A DNA stretch of 59,248 nt, from NCBI GenBank assembly GCA_001767495.1, contig MELA01000083.1:1-59248 (forward strand). The letters are read 5' to 3'. The DNA is from Acidobacteria bacterium RIFCSPLOWO2_12_FULL_65_11. GTDB lineage: Bacteria; Acidobacteriota; Vicinamibacteria; Vicinamibacterales; CAVVIG01. Below are positions 9,478 to 16,691 of the stretch, piece by piece; the first letter of the stretch is position 1; each line of letters begins with the position of its first letter. Made by a program: the position numbers and the translations under genes. Under the pieces are notes generated by a model. That model saw only the letters and a list, made by a program, of their open reading frames with translations. It had not been told where the DNA came from and did no database searches.

Positions 9478-12400
9478 ATGTCCGCGATCATCGAGAACCC
9501 CATCCTCAACTCGCCTTTTCTCGAGCCGACGCGCCACTTCAGGTTCGACGACGAAGGCATCACCAACGAGATCGCGAGCGGTCGTCGGCCCAGCTCGCAT
9601 TTCGTCCCGATTCCCCGCGCGAAGAAGAAGGGCAAGCAGCTTCAGTTCGAGACCGAGTGGACCAAGGACCGGATTGAGTCAAACCCGGTCGTGGACCGCA
9701 TCCGTCAGCGTGTAGGCGCTTGGCGTAAAGGTGGATACGTCGGCGTCACGGGCGTGACGTCGCGCCTGCTTTCGTACTGGACGCGCGAAGGGCGCGACAA
9801 GCCGCTCTTCTTCTGTCAGGTCGAAGCCGTCGAAACCGCCATCTACATTGCGGAAGTCGCGCGGAAGTACGGCGACGCGTGGATCGAGAACGATCTGCGC
9901 ACGGCGAACGACACGTCGAATCCCGGGCTGCCGCGCCTGGCGCTGAAGATGGCGACCGGATCCGGCAAGACGGTCGTGATGGCGATGGTTATCGCGTGGC
10001 AGGCGCTCAATAAGCTGGAGGACCGCCAGGACGCGCGCTTCTCCGACGCGTTTCTGATCGTCACTCCCGGGATCACCATTCGGGACCGCCTCCGGGTTCT
10101 CCTGCCGACCGATCCCGACAACTACTATCGCCAACGCGACATCCTTCCGTCGGACCTGCTGGAGCGGCTGGCACAGGCAAGGATCGTGATCACGAACTAC
10201 CATGCCTTCCTGGCCCACGAGCGAGGAGACGCGGCCAGGCTGACCAAGTCGATTCTGACAAGAGGTGAGCCAAGTCCATTCCAGGAGACGCCCGATCAGG
10301 TCGTTCGCCGCGTCTGCCGCGATCTCGGTGGCAAGAAGAACATCGTCGTCATCAACGACGAAGCACATCATTGCTACCGCCGGCGTCCGGACGCCGAAGA
10401 GGAGACCCCGGAGACCCTGGAAACACTGACCGGCGACGACCGGCAGGAGGCGGCGAAGCGCGACGAGGAAGCTCGTGTGTGGCTGTCCGGTCTTGAAGAC
10501 GTGAAGAGCAAGATCGGCGTGAAAGCGATCTACGATCTGTCCGCCACGCCCTTCTTCCTGCAAGGATCCGGCTATCCCGAAGGCACGCTCTTTCCGTGGG
10601 TGGTCTCGGACTTTTCGCTCGTCGATGCGATCGAGGCGGGTATCGTGAAGGTCCCGCGCGTGCCGGTGGCCGACAACTCGATGACCGGCGACCAGCCGAC
10701 GTACCGCGACCTGTGGATCAGGATCCGCGAGGGCCTGCCCAAGAAGGGCAGGAAGACCGACGCCATCGGCGGCGAACCGAAGCTGCCAGCCGAACTGCAG
10801 GGCGCGCTGCACAGCCTGTACGACAACTATCGCCTGTCGTTCGAGAAATGGGAGGCGAATGCCGAAGCCAGGGCCCGTGGCCTGACGCCGCCCGTCTTTG
10901 TCGTCGTCTGCAACAACACGAATGTCTCGAAGATGGTGTTCGACTACGTGGCGGGTTGGACCAAACCCCTGGCGGATGGATCCGAGGTCGTGGTGCCGGG
11001 AGCGCTCGACCTCTTCAACAACGAAGAGAGCGGCCGATGGTCCGCGCGGCCGAACACGATCCTGGTGGACTCCACGCAGCTCGAATCGGACGAAGGGATG
11101 AGCCCCGAGTTCAAGAAGATTGCCGCGGCTGAGATCGAGGAGTTCAAATCCGAGTATCGAGCGCGGTTTCCAGGCCGGAGCACCGACGATCTACGCGACG
11201 AAGACCTCTTGCGCGAGGTGATGAATACCGTCGGCAAAGCGGGAAAGCTCGGCGAGCGCGTGCGCTGCGTCGTGTCCGTGTCGATGCTGACCGAAGGCTG
11301 GGATGCCAACACGGTGACGCACATTCTGGGCGTGCGGGCTTTTGGCACCCAGCTTCTCTGCGAGCAGGTTGTCGGCCGCGGCCTGCGGCGCATGAGATAT
11401 GCCGTGAACAGCGACGGAAAGTTCGACGCCGAGTATGCCGAGGTCTACGGCGTGCCGTTTTCGTTCATTCCCTGTTCCGGCTCGAGTCCCAATCCGACTC
11501 CTGGGCCGATGCCGACGCGTGTACGGGCGCTCGAGGACCGGATTGCGTGCGAAGTGACGTTCCCGCGCCTGCTCGGCTACCGGTACGACGTGCCAAGCGA
11601 GAGACTGGCGGCGACCTTCACGGCCGATTCCAGGCTCGCCCTCTCGACCGCGGACATTCCGACCCGGACCGAGAATGCGCCAATCGTCGGCGAGCGAACC
11701 ATCCACACGCTTGACGACCTCAAGCGGCACCGCGACAACGAAGTGGCGTTCCTGCTCGCCAAACTGACACTCGAGAAATACTTCCGGCAGGACAACGAAC
11801 AGAAGACCGATCGGCCGTCGGTCCATCGCTTCGATGCTGACGTGAAAGGCTGGCTGTTCCCCCAGATGCTGGCGATTGCCAAGCGCTGGCTCGCCGAGTG
11901 CGTCACCTGCAAGGACAACACGTTTCCCCAGCTGCTGCTCCTGGTCGAGTTCGCGCACGATGCGGCCGACCGGATTTACAAGGCGATTGTCGAGAGCGCG
12001 GCCGGCACGCCCGCCCTCAAGCCGATCCTGAGGCCCTACGACGTTGTCGGCTCGACCCGATACGTGGACTTCGACACGACCAAGGCGGTGTATCCGACCG
12101 CTTCCGACAAGTGCCACGTCTCCCACGTTGTCGCCGACACCGGGTCGTGGGAGCAGAAGATGGCGCAGGCACTCGAGGAGATGCCAGAGGTTGTGCGCTA
12201 TGTGAAGAATCAGAGCCTCGGCTTCACGATTCCATACACGTTGAACGGCGAGGAGAAGCAGTACTACCCCGACTTCGTCGCTCAGATGAAGGTTGGCGGA
12301 AGTAGTGTCCGGCTTCAGCCGGACGTTCTCAATCTGATCATTGAAGTCACAGGCGAAGCGCGGAAGGACAAGGCCGCGAAGGTGACGACCGCGCGGACGC

Positions 12401-12525
12401 TGTGGGTGCCGGCGGTAAACAACCATGGCGGCTTCGGCCGATGGGCGTTTGTCGAAGTGACCGATCCGTGGGACGCGCAGCGCACGATTCGTGCCGCGCT
12501 CTCGAAATCGATGCAGGAGGCGTGA
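9478..12525 (+). CDS. res: Type III-like restriction enzyme Res subunit (SF2 helicase plus C-terminal PD-(D/E)xK-like nuclease)
   Basis: Walker A MATGSGKT, DEAH box VVINDEAHH, motif VI-like QVVGRGLRR, and C-terminal YYPDF...IIEVTG. Confidence 0.85.
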   Translation: MSAIIENPILNSPFLEPTRHFRFDDEGITNEIASGRRPSSHFVPIPRAKKKGKQLQFETEWTKDRIESNPVVDRIRQRVGAWRKGGYVGVTGVTSRLLSYWTREGRDKPLFFCQVEAVETAIYIAEVARKYGDAWIENDLRTANDTSNPGLPRLALKMATGSGKTVVMAMVIAWQALNKLEDRQDARFSDAFLIVTPGITIRDRLRVLLPTDPDNYYRQRDILPSDLLERLAQARIVITNYHAFLAHERGDAARLTKSILTRGEPSPFQETPDQVVRRVCRDLGGKKNIVVINDEAHHCYRRRPDAEEETPETLETLTGDDRQEAAKRDEEARVWLSGLEDVKSKIGVKAIYDLSATPFFLQGSGYPEGTLFPWVVSDFSLVDAIEAGIVKVPRVPVADNSMTGDQPTYRDLWIRIREGLPKKGRKTDAIGGEPKLPAELQGALHSLYDNYRLSFEKWEANAEARARGLTPPVFVVVCNNTNVSKMVFDYVAGWTKPLADGSEVVVPGALDLFNNEESGRWSARPNTILVDSTQLESDEGMSPEFKKIAAAEIEEFKSEYRARFPGRSTDDLRDEDLLREVMNTVGKAGKLGERVRCVVSVSMLTEGWDANTVTHILGVRAFGTQLLCEQVVGRGLRRMRYAVNSDGKFDAEYAEVYGVPFSFIPCSGSSPNPTPGPMPTRVRALEDRIACEVTFPRLLGYRYDVPSERLAATFTADSRLALSTADIPTRTENAPIVGERTIHTLDDLKRHRDNEVAFLLAKLTLEKYFRQDNEQKTDRPSVHRFDADVKGWLFPQMLAIAKRWLAECVTCKDNTFPQLLLLVEFAHDAADRIYKAIVESAAGTPALKPILRPYDVVGSTRYVDFDTTKAVYPTASDKCHVSHVVADTGSWEQKMAQALEEMPEVVRYVKNQSLGFTIPYTLNGEEKQYYPDFVAQMKVGGSSVRLQPDVLNLIIEVTGEARKDKAAKVTTARTLWVPAVNNHGGFGRWAFVEVTDPWDAQRTIRAALSKSMQEA
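12302..12324. repeat. REP-A copy inside the res nuclease region
   Basis: gtagtgtccggcttcagccggac, translated as SSVRLQPD, between PDF and EVTG. Confidence 0.85.
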
Positions 12526-12559
12526 CCTCACTTGTCACGTCCGTGGGAAGAATGGAAGC

Positions 12560-12646
12560 GTGAGTAAGAAGGCTCTTCGGCTGGACGAGATCGGCTACTG
12601 GTCGGAGGTGATCTTCGACACGTATCGCATGAGAGGGGCACTCTGA
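12560..12646 (+). other. 28-codon ORF coupled to the DUF5131 gene; possible TcmP N-terminal remnant
   Basis: GTG start after ggaagaatggaag. Translation is [31 protein letters not shown] overlaps the ATG at 12646 (TGATG). Confidence 0.25.
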
Positions 12647-13398
12647 TGGCCACGAACTCTCACATCGAGTGGACGGAAGCGACGTGGAATCCCGTCACGG
12701 GCTGCACGAAGATCAGTCCCGGATGCGCGCACTGCTACGCGGAGCGGATGGCGAAGAGGCTGAAGGCCATGGGTCAGGGCAACTACGCTAACGGATTTGA
12801 ACTTACCCTTCAGGGGCAGATGCTCGACCTGCCGCTTCGGTGGAAGCGATCGAAGCGCATCTTCGTCAACTCGATGAGCGACATGTTTCACGCGGACGTC
12901 CCCGTCGACTTCATCCAAAAGGCCTTTGACGTCATGCGCCGCGCACACCAGCACCAGTTTCAGATTCTAACAAAGCGCTCGGAGAGACTGCTGAGCCTCG
13001 ACTGGCAGTTGGCCTGGCAGCCGCACATCTGGATGGGCGTCAGCGTCGAGAATGCTCGATTCCTGCACCGGATCGACCACTTGCGCGCCACGCGTGCCCA
13101 CGTCAAGTTCCTTTCCCTTGAGCCGCTTCTTGGTCCGCTGCCTTGCCTCGATCTGCGGAATATCGATTGGGTGATCGTCGGTGGAGAATCAGGCCCAGAC
13201 GCCAGGCCGATGCATCCATCCTGGGTGGGGGATATTCGGGACCAGTGCCGGAATGCGGGAGTCGCGTTTTTCTTCAAGCAGTGGGGCGGTGTCTTCAAGA
13301 GCCGGACCGGGCGTGAGCTCGAGGGACGCACATGGGATCAGATGCCGAACGAGCCCCGCATCGGATGGGCGCTCCGTTCAGTAGAACAGCAAGCGTGA
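12646..13398 (+). CDS. DUF5131 / phage Gp37-Gp68 family protein (three-Cys motif)
   Basis: N-terminal [27 protein letters not shown] and C-terminal [10 protein letters not shown]...FFFKQWGG, characteristic of PF07505. Confidence 0.8.
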   Translation: MATNSHIEWTEATWNPVTGCTKISPGCAHCYAERMAKRLKAMGQGNYANGFELTLQGQMLDLPLRWKRSKRIFVNSMSDMFHADVPVDFIQKAFDVMRRAHQHQFQILTKRSERLLSLDWQLAWQPHIWMGVSVENARFLHRIDHLRATRAHVKFLSLEPLLGPLPCLDLRNIDWVIVGGESGPDARPMHPSWVGDIRDQCRNAGVAFFFKQWGGVFKSRTGRELEGRTWDQMPNEPRIGWALRSVEQQA

Positions 13399-13469
13399 CG
13401 CCGACGTGAGATGAAAGAACGAGAAGGCGGCGGCTTGCCGGCGGTGTTGAAGGGGTCTAAGCTGGCGCG

Positions 13470-13688
13470 ATGCTGGATTGGGCCACGTGTCCAGTCGTTG
13501 AACGCGCGCCCGAGCGCGTCAGCGGCGCGTGGGTGTTCAAGGGAACCCGAATCCCGGTGCGCGCGCTGTTCGAGAATCTTGAAGAGGGCGCGAGTGTGGA
13601 TGATTTTCTGAAGTGGTTCCCCGGCGTCACGCGCGATCAGGTGATCGCCGTGCTGACGCACGCCACGCACAGCTTGACGCCTGCCTGA
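13470..13688 (+). CDS. DUF433 domain protein (antitoxin-like HTH)
   Basis: VSGAWVFKGTRIPVRALFENLEEGASVDDFLKWFPGVTRDQV. Confidence 0.7.
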   Translation: MLDWATCPVVERAPERVSGAWVFKGTRIPVRALFENLEEGASVDDFLKWFPGVTRDQVIAVLTHATHSLTPA

Positions 13689-13695
13689 CGCGGCC

Positions 13696-13953
13696 TTGAA
13701 GAGACGTAAGTTGCTGGCCCGGCTCGTTTCTGGTGCGGTTCAGAACGTTGCCTTCTCCGATCTACACTCCCTCGTAACGGGCTTCGGCTTCGAGCTTCGG
13801 GGTACGAGCGGTAGCCACCACATCTACTCGCATTCGGCGATTCCCGAGCTCATCAACCTGCAGGACGTCAACGGCCAGGCGAAGCCCTATCAGATTCGCC
13901 AGGTGCTCAGGCTGGTGGAGCGGTACAATCTTGCACTGGAGGACGAGGCGTGA
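13696..13953 (+). CDS. hicA: HicA-family mRNA-interferase toxin
   Basis: FSDLHSLVTGFGFELRGTSGSHHIYSH...KPYQIRQVLRLV. TTG start. Stop overlaps the hicB start. Confidence 0.7.
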   Translation: MKRRKLLARLVSGAVQNVAFSDLHSLVTGFGFELRGTSGSHHIYSHSAIPELINLQDVNGQAKPYQIRQVLRLVERYNLALEDEA

Positions 13954-14171
13954 GCGACTATCACATCAACATCTTTTATAGCGACGAAGATGCTGCCTAC
14001 GTCGCCGATATTCCCGACCTCAACTCCTGCTCGGCGGTGGGTGCCACGCCCGAAGAAGCGCTGGCTGCTGTCGAGGTCGCGAAGGAAGCATGGCTGGAGA
14101 CAGCGCGCGAGACCGGAAGGCAAATCCCCACCCCGCGTTATCGCCCCGCGATCTATCAGACCGTCAAGTAA
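13950..14171 (+). CDS. hicB: HicB-family antitoxin (UPF0150 fold)
   Basis: YHINIFYSDEDAAYVADIPDLNSCSAVGATPEEALAAVEVAKEAWLE. GTGA overlap with hicA. Confidence 0.7.
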   Translation: MSDYHINIFYSDEDAAYVADIPDLNSCSAVGATPEEALAAVEVAKEAWLETARETGRQIPTPRYRPAIYQTVK

Positions 14172-14174
14172 CGG

Positions 14175-16364
14175 TTGATGGCTCCGAAGACGAAATCGCC
14201 GAAAGCGCCGACTGAAATCACGTCGATCCGCCACAAGAAGGACACGCGGGTCAATATTCCGACCGAGGAGCTGCGCGACTTCGTCGCCGAGGACGAGAAG
14301 GCGCCGAAGGCGATGCTCTATCCGCGCGATCCGTCGCTCGACCCGCAGCTTGTCTGGAAGGGCAAGGACGAGCAGGATGCCGCGGCCCTCGAGGTGCCGG
14401 TCGTTCCGATTTACATCCAGGAGAAGGTGCATCCGCAGGCGCTCGTCGAGAACCTGCGCGACACGACGAAGGCGGGCGAGAAGGAACCCGAGCTGACGCT
14501 CTTCAACGACTTCAACGGGATGGACGATGCGGCGTTCGACAAGAAGGTGGACTTCTACCACCACGACCAGCACTGGTCGAACCGGATGATCCTCGGCGAC
14601 TCGCTGCTCGTGATGACGAGCCTCGCCGAGAAGGAAGGGCTGAAGGGCAAGGTCCAGACGATCTATTTCGATCCGCCGTACGGCATCAAGTTCGGATCGA
14701 ACTGGCAGGTGTCCACCCGCAAGCGCGACGTGAAGGACGGGAAGGTGGAGGACGCGACGCGCCAACCGGAACAGATCCGCGCGTTCCGCGACACGTGGAA
14801 GCTCGGCGTTCACTCGTACCTTGCCTACTTGCGGGATCGACTCTTCGTGGCACGCGAGCTGTTGACCGTGAGCGGCAGCATCTTCGTTCAAATCGGTGAC
14901 GAGAACGTGCATTTGGTTAGGTGTGCGTTGGACGAAGTGTTCGGTAGCGAGAACTTTGTCGCACAGATAAACGTGCAGAAAACAGGGTCAGTATCGACCG
15001 GCCTTCTTCCGACGACCGTCGACTATGTCCTGTTCTACGCGAGAGACAGGAGCTTGTTGAAATACCGTCAGCTCTTTTCAGAGCGTGAAGCTGGCACAAC
15101 GACGCTTGATCGATACGACTTGGTTCTGCTGCCCGACGGTTCTCAGCGCCGACTTACTGCGGTCGAACTCGAAGATCCCAGTTCAGTGCGAGGGCGACGA
15201 TTCAGATATCAATCGCTGCTTAGTGCTCGACCCGCGTCCGGAACTGACGTACGGGAGTTCTCGCTCAATGGTCAGCGATTCACGCCAGGCTCGGGGACTT
15301 TCAAGACGGATCGTTCCGGTTTGGAGCGATTGGCGTCTGCTCTTCGATTGAGCCACGTTGGCACGACGCTGCAGTACGTCCGGTATGTTGATGACTTCCC
15401 GGTGGTCCCGGTGAACGATCGCTGGGAGTCGATTCAGATTGGAACTGAGTTGACTTATGTAGTTCAAACGAGCGTTAGGGTAGTCGAACGTTGTCTACTT
15501 ATGACGACTGAGCCTGGCGACTTGGTTCTGGATCCAACCTGCGGTTCGGCGACGACAGCGTTTGTGGCGGAGCAGTGGGGGCGGCGCTGGATCACCATCG
15601 ATACGAGCCGGGTCGCGCTGGCGCTCGCGCGAACGCGGCTGATGGGCGCGAAGTATCCGTACTACCTCCTTGCCGATTCGCCGGAAGGCGTTCGCAGAGA
15701 GGCCGAGGTCACGGGGAAGATTCCTCCCGACTACAAGACCGACAACGACATCCGGAAGGGTTTCGTCTACAAGCGCGTGCCGCACGTCACGCTGAAGTCG
15801 ATCGCGAACAATCCGGACATCAAGGAAGGAATGTCGCGGGTGGAAATCGACTCCGCAATCCAGCGCCACGCTGATACCGAGCTGCTCTACGACAAGCTGA
15901 CGGTCCTCGCCACGCGGATGAATCCCGATCTGTCGATGGGCGACGAGTTGCTCAAGAAAACCGGCGCCGGCAACCTGTTCATGGTCTTCGGCGAGCCTGA
16001 TATCAAGATCAGCGCAACCGACGACAATGGAGAACAGCACCTCACCGTCGAGGTGAAGGGCGTCGACGTCTACGATCCGACGACGGGGCAGATCCGCAGC
16101 AGTTCGACGGACGATATCGCCTGCTGGTTCATCGACACGGACTACAACGGAGAGAGCTTCTTCGTCCGGCACGCGTACTTCACGGGCGGAGAGGAGCCGT
16201 ATGAAAAACTGAAACGCGCCCTGCGCGCCGAGATAGACGAGGGCTCGTGGGCGACGCTCTACAGCACTGTCAGCCGGCCGTTCGCCCCGCCAGAGACCGG
16301 CAAGATCGCCGTCAAGGTCATCAACCACTACGGCGACGAAGTGCTGAAGGTGTTTGAACTCTAA
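14175..16364 (+). CDS. mod: Site-specific DNA methyltransferase (N6/N4, beta-class order IV then I), type III Mod-like
   Basis: Motif IV IYFDPPYGIKF, motif I VLDPTCGSATTA, and family-typical C terminus FFVRHAYFTG...AVKVINHYGDEVLKVFEL. Confidence 0.85.
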   Translation: MMAPKTKSPKAPTEITSIRHKKDTRVNIPTEELRDFVAEDEKAPKAMLYPRDPSLDPQLVWKGKDEQDAAALEVPVVPIYIQEKVHPQALVENLRDTTKAGEKEPELTLFNDFNGMDDAAFDKKVDFYHHDQHWSNRMILGDSLLVMTSLAEKEGLKGKVQTIYFDPPYGIKFGSNWQVSTRKRDVKDGKVEDATRQPEQIRAFRDTWKLGVHSYLAYLRDRLFVARELLTVSGSIFVQIGDENVHLVRCALDEVFGSENFVAQINVQKTGSVSTGLLPTTVDYVLFYARDRSLLKYRQLFSEREAGTTTLDRYDLVLLPDGSQRRLTAVELEDPSSVRGRRFRYQSLLSARPASGTDVREFSLNGQRFTPGSGTFKTDRSGLERLASALRLSHVGTTLQYVRYVDDFPVVPVNDRWESIQIGTELTYVVQTSVRVVERCLLMTTEPGDLVLDPTCGSATTAFVAEQWGRRWITIDTSRVALALARTRLMGAKYPYYLLADSPEGVRREAEVTGKIPPDYKTDNDIRKGFVYKRVPHVTLKSIANNPDIKEGMSRVEIDSAIQRHADTELLYDKLTVLATRMNPDLSMGDELLKKTGAGNLFMVFGEPDIKISATDDNGEQHLTVEVKGVDVYDPTTGQIRSSSTDDIACWFIDTDYNGESFFVRHAYFTGGEEPYEKLKRALRAEIDEGSWATLYSTVSRPFAPPETGKIAVKVINHYGDEVLKVFEL

Positions 16365-16379
16365 GTCCGATCGAAGGCC

Positions 16380-16673
16380 GTGGCGTTCCGTCGAGACCTG
16401 TTGAAGCTGCTGACCGTCCAACCACGATCCGTGTCGTCGCTTGCGCGCGAGCTGGGGCTCAGGCGCGGCGACGTGGAGGAGGACCTGCGTCACGTCATTC
16501 GCACCGCGCGGGCCGCGGGCCATCGCGTCATCGTCGAGCCGGCCCGCTGCCGGGCGTGCGGATTCACCTTCGGCGAAGAGAAGCTGCTGAAGCCGGGGAA
16601 GTGTCCGTCGTGCCGAGGCACGCGGTTGTACGAGGCGCAGATTCGGATCGAGGTTGGACTGAGCCAGACTTGA
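16380..16673 (+). CDS. Small HTH plus Zn-ribbon transcriptional regulator (COG3357-like)
   Basis: PRSVSSLARELGLRRGDVEEDL, then CRACG...CPSCRG. Confidence 0.6.
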   Translation: MAFRRDLLKLLTVQPRSVSSLARELGLRRGDVEEDLRHVIRTARAAGHRVIVEPARCRACGFTFGEEKLLKPGKCPSCRGTRLYEAQIRIEVGLSQT

Positions 16674-16691
16674 AACTTGAGACTTACGGTC

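Noticed and set aside
9679-12531. Minus-strand ORFs of 377 aa and 446 aa inside res
   Set aside because: They are antisense to a helicase with intact Walker A, DEAH and motif VI. They show no motifs and high-GC shadow-ORF composition.
13411-13611. 66-aa ORF between the DUF5131 and DUF433 genes
   Set aside because: It overlaps the DUF433 gene in another frame. Arg/Cys/Ser-rich, with no support beyond being open.
13890-16523. Minus-strand ORFs of 340 aa and 342 aa across hicB/mod
   Set aside because: Shadow ORFs opposite a methyltransferase with clear DPPY and motif I. Arg/Leu/Val-rich with no recognisable domains.
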